Of a DNA stretch of 64,000 bases, positions 1 through 14,100 are shown piece after piece. This DNA comes from the human T2T-CHM13v2.0 reference genome, Homo sapiens. The position numbers and the translations under genes were made by a program. The stretch is from the NCBI RefSeq assembly GCF_009914755.1, contig NC_060925.1; one strand, written 5' to 3'. Under the pieces are notes generated by a model that worked only from the letters and a program-made list of their open reading frames with translations, did not search any database and had not been told where the DNA came from. Numbering within the stretch: position 1 is the first letter of the stretch; each line of letters begins with the position of its first letter.

Positions 1-439
1 TGTATATCTCCCCTTTGCACTGACAATGTGATTTGGTTGTTGGGCTATTTCTGATATATAGTACTTTTTTGTTTTTTTGGTTTTTTTTTGAAGTTTGCCA
101 CCCCTCACCATACTTTATTGATTCAGTATACTCAGGTGTGTGACTGAGAAATGTTGTGTCGTTCTTTTTCAGTGTAGATCAGCTGAAATACGTAACTCCC
201 ACGCAGATAACGCCTTACCACACAGTCTCAACTTAAACACTTCAAATGGCATATTCTAAACAAAGTTTAAAATTGAATATGAAAACCGTGTTTAAAGTAA
301 TGATGAAATAAGGATCCAAATCTTTAGAGGCAAAGAAAATTTAAAAACTGTAGTAGAGATCTGTACATCAACCTAAAAGAAAAATAGCCTACCACTTTTT
401 TGGTGTTTCTCCTTATGGGATTTTAAAACGGTAAATAGA

Positions 440-733
440 GGCCAGGCGCAGTGCTCACACCTGTCATTCCAACACTGTGGGAGGCCAAGACAGGGGAATC
501 ACTTGAGGCTAAGAGTTCGTGATCATCCTGAGCAACACAATGAGACCCCATCTCTACAAAAAAACAAAAAATATTAGTCAGGCATGGTGGTGCACCTATA
601 GACCCAGCTATTTAGGAGGCTGAGGATGGAGGATCACTTGAACTCTGAGGTTCAAGGCTGCTGTGAGCTGTGATTGCGCTGCTACACTCCAACTTGGGTG
701 ACAGAGTAAGACCCTGTCTCTAAAAAAAAAAAA
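440..733 (+). mobile_element. Alu (AluJ-like), full length
   Basis: GGCCAGGCGCAGTG start, two arms, A tail; degenerate TSD aaaacggtaaataga/aaaatggaaaataga. Confidence 0.9.
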
Positions 734-784
734 TGGAAAATAGAAATTTAGCATTAATTAAAGGACCCAAATGGGTGAGTGTAA

Positions 785-2340
785 CATTCACTTAGTCAAC
801 AAATATTTACTGAGCACCTACTATGTTTTAAGTACTTTGCTTGGTCCTAGGCATAGAGAGAAAAAATAAAACTCAGTTTCTACCCTTAGATTGCGCATAC
901 TCTAGTAAAGAAGCTACATCTGTATATGCAAATGTAATAGACTGTGACAACAGTGCAATGATAAAAGTGATGATTACCACAGGAGCACATAGGGAGGGGG
1001 ATTGGCCCATTCTACACCATAGGTGAAGGCGATAGTCAAAGAAAGCTGATATCAGGGAAAGCTGACAGTGAAAAGGGATAGTCAGGGAGGTGGAGATATT
1101 TGGCAGCAATCTTGATTAGTGAGTTCATGAGTAAGAATTCTGAAAGTGGAAGAAAGTGGGTTGGGTACCCCAGGTAGAGAGACCAATATATACAGAGACA
1201 TAAAGATGGGAGAAAACAGAAACTCTACTATCAGATTAGGTGTTTGGTAGGAGATAAGACTGGAAAGGGGAGCAGGGACCAGCAGAAGAGCCTTATGGGC
1301 CATCTCCGGAGTTTCGCCCATTCTGAGTTACTCTTAATGCATTTTAGGCAGGAGCGTCAACATGATTGACTTTCTGGGTTGGGAGCTGGACTCAGAGAGC
1401 AGTGTGGAAAGTGAGCTTTGAGAGTTGATCTAGGAGACAGGAAGACCAGTTAGCCCAAGGTCAGCAATTGCAACCCATGGGTCAAGTCTGACCCATCATC
1501 TGTTTTTGTGTGACCATTAACTAAGAATGGTTTTTATATTTTTAAGTGGATGAAAAAAAGGGGAAACAATATTTTTTGACACATAAAGATTATACATCTA
1601 TAAATAAAGTTTGATTGGAAAATGCTACCATTATCCTTCATTTATTATGTATGGCACTACCACACTTGAGTTGAATATGGTCCTCAAAGCCTAAAATATC
1701 TACTATCTGTCCCTTTACAGAAAAGTGTACCAACTCCTCAGGAGGCTGTTTAGTTCAAGTAAGAAGTCAAGAGGGCTTGAATAATGACAGATTCAAATAT
1801 GTATTTAAAGAAGGTAATTGAAGAGCTTTGTGAAAAATGGATGGGTTGAGAAGAGATGACTGGCAGGGACCCCAGTTAGAATATAAGCACCATAGTCCAG
1901 GGGGAGAGTAATGAAGCCCTTGGCTGTGGCTGTCCCGTGAAGTGGAAAGGAAGTAGTATCTTCAGAAGGTATTTGGAGTCATGAATAAGAGAGGACACAA
2001 TTAAAGGTGACTGTAAGTTTTCTAGCCCAAATTGACTAGAGGATCTGTTAAGCCAACTGAGGAACTTAAAAGAGGTAGCAGAGGAAAAGAATACTTTTCA
2101 TTGTGCAACCCCAGTGGAGATGTCCAATGTTGGCTTGGTGTGAGGAGAAGGTCATGACTAGAGGCTTAGATCTGGATCCCTTTTACATAAAGGTATTCAT
2201 TGTAGCTAAGGGAGTGGTTAAAAGCACATAGAAAGGATCATGTTTTAAAGAACAATGGAAGAACAGCCACCAGCCGATAAGACTGAAATGGGGTCTTCGA
2301 ATATATAAGAAAAGAATAAAGAAGAATGATTCGAAGAGTA
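785..2340 (-). mobile_element. L2 LINE relic, interrupted by MER58
   Basis: Reverse-complement L2 3' end cattcacttagtcaacaaatatttactgagcacctactatg followed by purine-rich L2 body; boundaries approximate. Confidence 0.65.
1456..1738. mobile_element. MER58 (B-like) hAT-Charlie DNA transposon relic
   Basis: caaggtcagcaa...ctaagaatggtttttatattttt...aaagcctaaaatatctactatctgtccctttacagaaaag typical of MER58. Confidence 0.7.
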
Positions 2341-3721
2341 TTTTCAGGGGGCAGTAACAATTAAAACCATATACTTTTCTTAGGGGAGGTCCCCAGACAG
2401 CCTAGGATTGAAGAAACCTGAATTATAGTATCTTCTGTAGGCATTCACTCCAGGCATTCTTTGCAACTTTTGACAAATTACTTAACTCTTTGGGCCTGCT
2501 TATGTACCTATAAAATGAGGTGAGGCTAGATGATTTATAAGTTTCCTTCCAGTTCTGATAATCAATGATTCTAATAATGATTTAAGACAACCCATTATTA
2601 AGTTCCTATATCTGGACATTAGGCATTTAAATTGCTTGGATGATCTTTTGTTTAAGGTATTTCCTTAGTTTGAACTTCAGAAAGTTCATTGAAATGACCT
2701 TCAGACCCACCACTTAAATTCATTGTAACTTAGGTTCTGCTGACCTCTCACAAAGGTTATCAAAATTGTCTCAACACCCTTCCAGTCTCTTTTGCTGACC
2801 ATTGCCCGGTGAATATTCATAAGCCTCTGCCTTGACTCTGTTGCTATACTCTGAAAACCTTCCATGGTGCCACTCTATTAGAGAAAGGCAAATGACAACA
2901 TGGCATGTGAGGTCATCCTGATAGGCTCTCAACCTTCCAGTCTTATTTCATCTAAGATGAAACCCTCTTACCTGCTGATTTCCAGACAAATGTCAGTACA
3001 CATAGCTCCCCTTTTTCCCTCCATTTGCTGTTCTCTATACCTAGAATACCCCTCTGACCTTCTCTAGCTCTATTATAATCTTACCTTCTTACCAAGGTCT
3101 CCCTGAAATCCTGATTTTTCTACCTAGGCCTCCCCATTGATTCTTGTCAGAAAGGAGCGCTTCTCCCCTTGAATTCTTCTTCCCACTTTGAGCTGATGGC
3201 ATTTGAGTAAATGAATTACTCAAAGGAGGAAAAAGCAAAATGTGGAAAAAAAAAGAATTAATATTTGGAAGTTTTTTGTGTACTTGCTATTTTTTGCTTC
3301 TGGAATGTGTTATTCTTCAAGTAGGAGGAGAGGTCTTATCAGTATTATATTTCTCAGAGCCCCTGGCTCATCACTTTGCAGAGTTGGAGCTCAGTAAGTC
3401 ATTAATGAAAATGGTGACTGTATTCCAAATGTATGACTATTCTTTCAAGCTCAGTACTGCTATACAAATAAATATCTTCTCACAAATATCAGAGTACAAA
3501 GTATAAGAAGGTGATAAGGCTAAAATTTTTTATTGAGAATTTTACTTGTCTCTATGATACTATATTATGATTTTGTAATAATCACTTTTTTAAATTTTTA
3601 ACTTTGTGTAAATATATATGTTTAAGTATATCAGAATCAAATGATAATCATTCTAACAAACAATGCAAGTAGGTTTAGTAAAGTGCACCAGGCCTCTCAC
3701 TTACATGTACGTGTTTAAAAA

Positions 3722-3722
<1 letters not shown>

Positions 3723-3752
<30 letters not shown>
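3723..3752 (+). repeat. (CA)15 microsatellite
   Basis: Direct read. Confidence 0.95.
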
Positions 3753-3757
<5 letters not shown>

Positions 3758-3798
3758 TCTTAAACTAGAGTTCCGCATAATTAAAAGATGACAGTGGA

Positions 3799-3929
3799 AG
3801 CCATGTACTGTGGTGCACACCTGCAGTCCCAGAAACTTGGGAGGCTGAGGTAGGAGGGTCGCTTGAGCCCAGGAGTTCAAGGCCATCCTGGGTAACATAG
3901 CATGACCGCATCTCTGGGGGAAAAAAAAA
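3799..3929 (+). mobile_element. Free Alu monomer (FLAM-like)
   Basis: Single Alu arm ending in an A tail. Confidence 0.8.
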
Positions 3930-4244
3930 TGACAGTATTTGAAACAAGTGCCTCGTAAGCATGTTCACTAAACACGTCTAGCCTAGCATGTATGAAAACA
4001 AAGCAAGGCTGCTTTCTTCCAGTTATTACTGTTAATATTATTCAAACAACTTCTTCTTTTTCCATAACAGACTTTCAGGTACATTTAAAAATGTTCATCC
4101 ATTTATTCACCCGTTCTACATGGAGCATTTTCTGTCATAAGACGCTGTGCTAGGGATGAAGGGAGATAGAAAGATAAAGAGGCCTCAGCTGCTGCCCTTC
4201 AGAAGCTTACAGGCTAGCGGGGAAGAGAAGAAAATACATGAGTA

Positions 4245-4555
<311 letters not shown>

Positions 4556-4752
4556 AACATACACATGTAGTCGGTAAGATAAATGATAAGATCCAGAAGG
4601 GAGGTTCTAGAAAAGGATTACAGGGGGAGAGACAGATTACTTCTTACTGATTTTGGTAGGATTTGGATATAGGAAAATGGGAATGAAGGGCATTCCGTGT
4701 AGGGGAATCGATGGTATTTGGGAGGTGTGCATGTATGTATAAGAGTAAGTTA

Positions 4753-5128
<376 letters not shown>

Positions 5129-5557
5129 AATATATTCGTCTTAGTATCTGCGTGGTACCACGCTACATGTAGCAGCTCTTTAAAAAATAATAGAGTTATA
5201 GCTAACAGCAGTGGCTAACATTTGCTGAGCCCCTGCTGTTCCAGGAACCAAGCTGAGAGCTTCTCATATAATCCTACCAATAGCTCTATAAGGTACAGAC
5301 TCCTATTTTCTGTAATTTACAGCTGAGGCAACTAAGGCACAGAGAAGGAAAGGAGTCTTCTAAGGTTACACAGCTGATATGTTATCGAAGCAGGTTTTGA
5401 ACCCCAGTAAGTTGCCTGCAAAGCTTGTACCCTTATCCATTAAGCTGTAATTCTATGTAAATTACTAGAGAAATGGATTAATGCAGTTGTTCTGAAAAAG
5501 ACAACTTAGAAAATCAGTAACATGAATTTATAATAGAAATAAATGTTAGCTTCTTCC

Positions 5558-5949
<392 letters not shown>

Positions 5950-6851
5950 TTAGCTGCTCCCTTATGCATGACACGTGACGGTGAATTTTGGCTTGAATTT
6001 TTCCTAAGAAACATAGTTTCCCTTGGCCCATTATTTGCCATTGTCATTTAAACATATTATAATGCCATTGTCATTCTACTTTACTCCCTTACTTAATTTT
6101 CACCCAAGAAGAAAGAGAGGCTTTTATTAAAAAGTAGAAATTTTTCAAGTATTTATTTTTGACATGTCCAAATATCTGTAAAGAGCTATAGGTATCACCT
6201 CGGAGGTTAAGAATGTATTCATCTTAGGCCAGGGGCGGTGGCTTATGCCGCTCATATGACTACCATTTATACACACGTGGTTGGGTTAATTTACGATATG
6301 GCTGAATAAAGCAACCACTTCTTACCGTTTATGTGATTCTTATTAACTGCTTACTGAGACATTCTTTTCCATACCTTTTGCCCATGTACTGAAACACATT
6401 TTTTTAAATCCTGCATTTTTTTTTTCTTGTATCTGATCTTGAGGGGAACTACTGCAGGAAGCTTTCTTTTGTTTATTATCCAGAGAATTTAGAACTCGGA
6501 TTGCCCTAAGTACAAAACCTTAAAAATTCTTATTTCTCCTTTTACATAAATGATCTTTTTAATAATATGTATGTACTTCAAAGAATTTCTCAGAGCAGGA
6601 ATCTAAGTGAGAGTCCACCAAACAGGTATTATACTGTGACCTACTTTTGTGATCCAGATGGGAAGATCTGACCTGTGACCTAGAGAGACAGCAACTTGAC
6701 CTATAGGATTTGTGTCTTTTTGAAAGTGAGAAAAGGGTACAGCAGAGGAGTCACTAGGTTAACCTGTTATGATGGATAGATCATGTGGGGAGAGTGATAG
6801 AGGCTGCCTTTCCAGGGCTTTCAGTTTCCACATAGTAACTAGTACAGTTAC

Positions 6852-7153
6852 TTATTTGTTTCTTTAATTTGAAGCAAGAGTCTTGCTCTGTTGCCCAGCC
6901 TGCAGTGCAGTGGTGTGGTCTTGGCTCACTACAACCTCTGCCTCCCAGGTCCAAGCAATTCTCGTGTCTCACCCTCCCAAGTAGCTGGGATTACAGGTAG
7001 GCACCACCATGCCTGGCTAATTTTTGTATTTTTAGTAGAGACGGGGTTTCACCATGTTGGCCAGACTGGTCTCAAACTCCTGACCTCTGGTGATCTGCCT
7101 GCCTTAGCCTCCCAAAGTGCTAGGATTACAGGTGTGAGCCACTGTGCCCGGCC
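6852..7153 (-). mobile_element. Alu (AluSx-like), antisense
   Basis: Reverse-complement Alu ending cccggcc; flanked by ctagtacag on both sides. Confidence 0.9.
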
Positions 7154-7716
7154 TCTAGTACAGATATTTTCTTGAAATTAATTGTTTGACCTCCCAGCCT
7201 ATCCATACGAGTCAGGACTTTTTGGGTGAACTGAAATCCAAAAAGGAGAAATTGATAAATTTTTATAACTAGACCATGTACAATCCAGGTGCAGCTGGAC
7301 TCAGGGTTTCCTGGAGCCAGCATGCTATCATATTCTAACTTTCCAGAACAGGGCTCAATTTCTATCTGAATTTTGCTAATTCTTTCAGATTCTTTCATAC
7401 CATGAAGTAAAACATCTTTCATTCTGAAATTGATGATAAAGGAAATACCTTTGATTTCAAACTGTAAGAATGTGACTTCCTAGCTCCTTCACTTCCAATT
7501 TCAAAACCTTTGGTTAGGATCACCCTTGGGCACACACACGCACTTTTGGGTGCTGTGGCTGGTAGCCTCTTCAGAACCACATGGAATAAGGGAAGAAAGT
7601 TTCACTAAGTAAGGGGAAGTGCTCTTACTAGGGGAAAGGTGTCAGGGATCCTGGGTGAGTAAAACACCAAGTATCTGCACTGTTGCCCTTGTTGTCTTTT
7701 TAAAAATATAATCCCT

Positions 7717-8318
<602 letters not shown>

Positions 8319-10112
8319 ATGCAAGTCCTGATTTTTCCTCTAAGAAATGGTTTCAAGTGGAGAGAGGGGAGTGAAGTGCACATTTTTGTCCATGTATGTT
8401 GGAAAATGATATTCTCCATTGTCAACATGTGATAAGTCCAAAGAGGCATCATCAGTTCTTCACAACAACAGGGTCTCTTTGTTGTTTTACTTAGAAAACT
8501 CTTAGAATATAAAAAGAAAGAAGCACAGCTAAATCTCTAGCATGCACATGTATTGTGCTTGGTTTCTGCATAGTGCTGTTCCAGCTGTGGCCCATGATGG
8601 CTGCTTGTTAGTGTCTATGGCAAGATAAGTACCGGAATCTACAGAAGTATTTGGCAAATTTTATATCAATTTTAAATTGTCACAATTTTCAAGCGCATGA
8701 TCAATGAGCTTTTTTTGGGGGAGTATCTTTTAAATTTTTTTCTAGTAATTCATTTTTATTGTGTTTTAAAAAACTATTTGCAAAAGATTAGAAATTAAAA
8801 CAAATATGCTGATCATTTACCACAAGAAGCTTGAGATGCTATGCTTCTCACTGCTTCCAGCAAGCCTAAGAAAAAACAGTCCTTTATAGATGAGGAAGCC
8901 GAGCCTCCGAAGGGGAAGCTTGAGGTTGGGCATCCAGGAGGGAGGAGAGTAGGCAGGGGATGAAGGGCAAAAGCTTGTTTCAAACTGAGATAGAAACACT
9001 TTTGGTGTTGTAAAATCTCAGCACCCAGACCAGGAAGCAGGTCTCTTTCATCTCTGTGCCCCCAGCACCAAGTCAGGCACTGGGTGTTTAGCAGATTTTC
9101 TATAAACATTGAGTAAAGTTCCCTTTGCTCTTTATTATTGGGAAAATTAAAACAAAAAGTTGGGGGGAACTCATCTTAAGATAACAACAAGCTTAGGTCA
9201 AAAAGCCAAACTCATTATCTGTTTATTTGAAGAGGATATTATAACATTGATGTATATTCTTGCTATTTTACAGTGAACTTTATCTTTTTTTTCCTCCTGA
9301 GTTTTATTCAAGAATTTTTAGCCTAAAGTTTCCATTTCAAAGTTAAGCTCATTTTTTTCTTGTACTCCTTTCATGAATAAATTAAGCAGAGAATGTGTCA
9401 AAAATAATTTTAAATGGATATATGTGCAACCAACATCTTCAAGGCTTGAAATAGATGGCCTTGGTGCTGTTTTAAATTGCGTCCTCTTTTCCTTCCCCCA
9501 CCCAGTATCAGAGAAAACAGGCTGTCAGAAAGCCAGAAAAGAAAAGGCATTTCATTTTGCTCTGGTGGACACCACACTGCCTGAGCCTGCTCTGCTCCAC
9601 CTGTTTGAAGGGCTAAGAACCCTGGTCTCAGTGTGGCCCGGGGCGGGAGAGGTTCGAAAGTCAGGCAGTGCCAGGAAATGTGTGTTTGCAGGTTCTGCTT
9701 AACGTTCCCTGGCTCGCTCCTCTCAGTTCTGTGAAGCCCAAATGTGAATGCAATGAAAATCTCCACTGGGGATGCACTCATCTCCCCTGCCACATAGGCC
9801 CACAGCCTGGAGCATGGTGGCAGCGGCAGCCAACTCATTTCCTGAAGAAGCCCAGAGGAAACCGAGAATGTATTGCCCACACCACTTGCCTGACTCAACA
9901 ACAATGAGCATCAGGTTCAATGAAAATAGGAAAGAAAAAGCAAAAACATAGAATTGTTCTCATAGTAGCCCTAAGCCAGAGTATGTCTCTAAAAGAAAGT
10001 TCTGCTCTCCAATATTATTTTTAAAGTAAAAGGAATATAACAAAAGCCCATCACCTTGATGTTTAATTTCTTCCGGTAAATTTCTAAAATTAATTCACAT
10101 TCTTTTATATAT

Positions 10113-10234
10113 ATTTTTAGAGGCACAGTCTCGCTGTATTGCCCAGCCTGGCTTCAAACTCCTGGGCTCAAGCGGAACTCCCTCCTGAGCCTTTCAAGTA
10201 GCTGGGATGACATGTGCGTGCCACTGTGCCCGCC
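10113..10234 (-). mobile_element. Free Alu monomer (FLAM-like), antisense
   Basis: Single reverse-complement Alu arm. Confidence 0.8.
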
Positions 10235-11044
10235 TTTGATATTTAGTTTCTTCTTAAACACCTCCTCCTAGTGAATGTGTTCTTTACATCAGTTGTTAGG
10301 CATTACTGCCTTGTTATTTAATGTTTCCGTGATACCCACAAAGTACATCGTGATTTGTTGATTGATAAATCTTGGAATTAAAGCTCATTTTAAGGATCCT
10401 GAGCAAGTAAGAGGCTTAGGGAATATTCAGTCTCCTCAGTGCCCTCTCCCAAGCCATGTCTCATGGGAGACCAGGGCCCACTTCAAGTAAACACATTTTT
10501 ATTATGCTGCAACTCTGTTAGAGCCACCAAGCAAAGGATGCAGTCAGTCTCGGGAGATGAGAGTAGGCACCAAACAGGTCAGAAAATGTTTGGAAGCAGC
10601 TTGCCATCTAGCTGAGCTAAGAGTGTGCTCCACCTTGGCTCTGTGTGGCCTCTCCCCAGCAGGCAGGGTCACCTGTGATAGGGCTGAGCATCTCCTGCCT
10701 TGACCAAGCCATGGAGGGTAGAGAGAGAGAGCCACAGGCTGCTTGGTTTTCAGAATATCAAAGGGATTCCTTCCCCAGGGTGGGCACCAGTGAATAAGCA
10801 GGGCATCCCTTTGACACCTTTCCTGTATCTAACTTCAAGAAGCCTATTCCTGACCAGGAGATTTACCAAAAGAATGAACCCAGTGTTGAGGAAATAACCA
10901 TTAGAACCATATGAACAAAAGAGGTAAACAAAATAAAGAGCAAGTCACTATTGGAATGTGTGCAGGAGGTGGGGGTGGTAGGCGGTCAAGGTGAAGCATT
11001 CAGAGTGGGTTTGGGCAGTGGTTTGGGCAGTGTTCCGGATTTGC

Positions 11045-11122
11045 CCTTTGCCCGGTAGCTCATCTGAAGTGTGGCTCACCAGGCCTTTGCCTGGTAGCTC
11101 ATCTGAAGTGTGGCTCACCAGG
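11045..11122 (+). repeat. 39-bp tandem duplication (2 copies, 1 mismatch)
   Basis: cctttgccYggtagctcatctgaagtgtggctcaccagg at 11045-11083 and 11084-11122. Confidence 0.95.
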
Positions 11123-14100
11123 CTGGACGTTGCTTGAGCTTGACAGTCGTCCTAGTTCTATTTCTGATTATTTTTTGTCACCTTGGGGAAAATCCCCTAT
11201 TGTACTTGATTTCCTACAGACCTTAACTGTGATTTTATGAGGATATATATGAGTATGCAAAATCATTTTAACTCATTCAGCGTTTTGTAAATCTGAGGCT
11301 TATCTATTCAGGTACTCCAATGATTTTAATATGAGTTCAGGTAAAATAAATTAATGAGTAGTCAGTGTATTGATCCGTCTAGAAAACTTTAGAGCAATTA
11401 AGGGCATGACCACCTGACTGAAGCTCTTTATGGCAAGGCTATTTGGGGCACAGAGTAATATATTGTTCTTTCTACATCTTAAATGATCCTCTTTGTCTTT
11501 AGAAGGCAAACTATCTTGCCATTCCTGATATCAACTCTTTGTCAAAACAATATCTAATGGAAGCAGCTCTGTGCCCTAGGGGCTCTGTAAGTTCTGCTTT
11601 GTTACAGTGATGGCAGTTCTCTATTCTTAGCCTATTTCCGAAGTCAGGCATTTGTTCGGAATCATTCACTATTGAATTAGTTAACAACGTTTGGTTTGAG
11701 GAAAGATGATAATGATATTAAGGAATAATAAAATCCATCTACAGTGAAAATCGAGCCCAGATCAGAACTGTGGAGGAACCCAAATTCAGATCCTACACTC
11801 AAACTGATTTGCACAAAGAATTATCTGTTAAAAGTGGGAAAAAGAATGGCAGCATGCGACAACTCACGTAACTAATCAACTTTTTAGATGCCGTTTCATA
11901 TGTTTGCTTTTCATTAAATGCAGGAATGGTTGGGACTATGTTGCTGTGATTCAGTCAACATTTATTCCTATCTGTTTTTCATGTACAAAGGCTGAGGGAT
12001 GCCAGCAAATAAACTGTTAACGGAGAATTAACTTCTTTGGCATGCTTTCATACTTATCTTCCAAATTAAAGAAAATGAAATGGGCAGAAACAGAGTGTAG
12101 ATTACCTCCTTTTTGTCAAAAATGGTGGGAATTTGAAAATTAATAATAAAAAAGGGAACAGATGCAGTAACATGCCAGAGGGAGATTAATGTGGAGAGTA
12201 AAATCTGTGAGCAACAAAACTGAAGCAAACTGAATCAGTGGGAGGTGGTTGTACAATCAAAATCAGGATAAAAGAGAAATTACAAACAACCCTGCACTTG
12301 TCAAAGTAGTAGTAATGAAATCCTGACTCTGCCAGCAGTGAGAACCTGTGTTAGCACTTTGGGGTAAGGATGGTAGCCGGGTGCCAGGTAGGAGGGCAGT
12401 GTTAGGTTGCTGGGCAGCAGCCATCTTGTGTAGAACAGATGGCACCGAAAGCTGGCAGGGGAGGGGCTCCTTAGCAGAACTAATCAGACAGTAACAGATA
12501 GGGCAGCTGGGAAGACTGACCACAGAGAGGGAGTCTGCGGGGTAGCCGAGTGCCATGATGTTTGCAGTGGTGTGCCCATTGGTCTGAGATAAGACCTTGC
12601 AATGTCTTTCCCATCTACAGAAGAACTGAAACTTTGTTCAAAAAGGAAAATTGAGTTGAATTGTGTCAAACTTGGAGGGTGGGGGTGGGCATTGGGATAG
12701 TGACTGAGAAAGGAAGAATTGTCCATCTCTGAATTTGTCCTGTGAGTTTTCAGTTCCAGCTACCATGGAACCTTGATTTTTGCTGTTTGTATGGTTCTGG
12801 CAATCTAATGTATACAGTGTGGCACATGGAATGATCACTTTATACATTTTATGCATCAAAAAGTTTGCAGTATCAAGGCTATAGTTAAAATTAGAAAAGA
12901 TTTTTTTTATATGCTTTCTACCACATATGTCTTTCACAAAATGAAAAACTAAAAGCAACCATGTGATACAGGCATTTCTACTTAATAATTTTTCATAAGC
13001 TCATTTAAGCTGTGTTTGATTCAGAGTCACTTGCCCTTCTTTTTTCCCCCATGTAACTGTGGGTTGAACATCAAAATATAAGCATAATTCAGAGCCAAAA
13101 ACCTTAAGACAAAAATCAAACCAACTCATTCTGCAAATAAAAGAGAAAACTGACCTGTTAAAATTTGATAACTTATTAAGTAGTCGTGGTTCTTGAAGTA
13201 TAGAGTTGGGACGTTTGTATTAAAACGACGACTTTAACAAAGAAATCCAGATCTCCTACATCTGCTTTTGAACTTGTCTATTTCTTTTTTTTGCAGAAGG
13301 TTTATAACTTGGCTCAATTTATTCATTTTGGAGGGGGAGGGGGAAACATTACAGGATTTGAAATAGGTGGTATAACATAGCCATATGCTATTTATGCAGC
13401 AGTTTCTGCAATAAATCTAATTTGGTGCTGTCAAAAAATTAGACTTATTTGATATAGCAGCACATTAGTAAATGATTGTGGCAGATTTAAAGTTGTCATT
13501 TAGTCTCTTCTTACTCTTAACAGAATCTCGCAAATTCATTTTCCCCCTTGATCAACTCTATGAAAATATCCCAGTTCTTTGTCCTGCAGCCCTGAAAATA
13601 TTTCCACATCTGAAAGAAGGTCTTGCCTTAAGGTAATTGAGGAAGGGGGTGGAAAAATGAATATCCTCTGTCGTTAAAAGACTTCATAAATATATAGGCA
13701 GAAAAACAAATAAACCAGAGAAAATTACAGTATTTTCATCATTTACAGTTCTTAGAAAAACAGAACTGCAAGTCTCATTCAGAATGTAGATAAATTAAGG
13801 TCAGTTCTTTATTAAGGAGTTTAAATATTTTACCTTCCATCCTACGTCCATATGCTGTTTTAGGAAAACTGATTATTAAAGAATGTGAGTGACATCAGCT
13901 CTTCGCCTTCACCTAGCAGCGCCCTTAGAAACGGCTTTACTCTTCGGTAGTGTAACCTGGCAACATTGCTTCAATGCCTCTTTTTCTGTTTTTTTTTTTT
14001 CCCCTGTAAAATTTGTGTTTCAGGTGTTAGTATCAAACTATCTAAACTTTTTCCTAGTTTTTCTGTTTGAAAGATAAGATAAGCAATGACGCATTAAGCA

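Noticed and set aside
9373-9920. Overlapping ORFs up to 164 aa (9410..9904 on -, 9373..9702 on +)
   Set aside because: No recognisable domain, no splice context, and ORFs in several frames on both strands, consistent with locally higher GC. It may be regulatory (AP-1 site at 9891), but the evidence is too thin.
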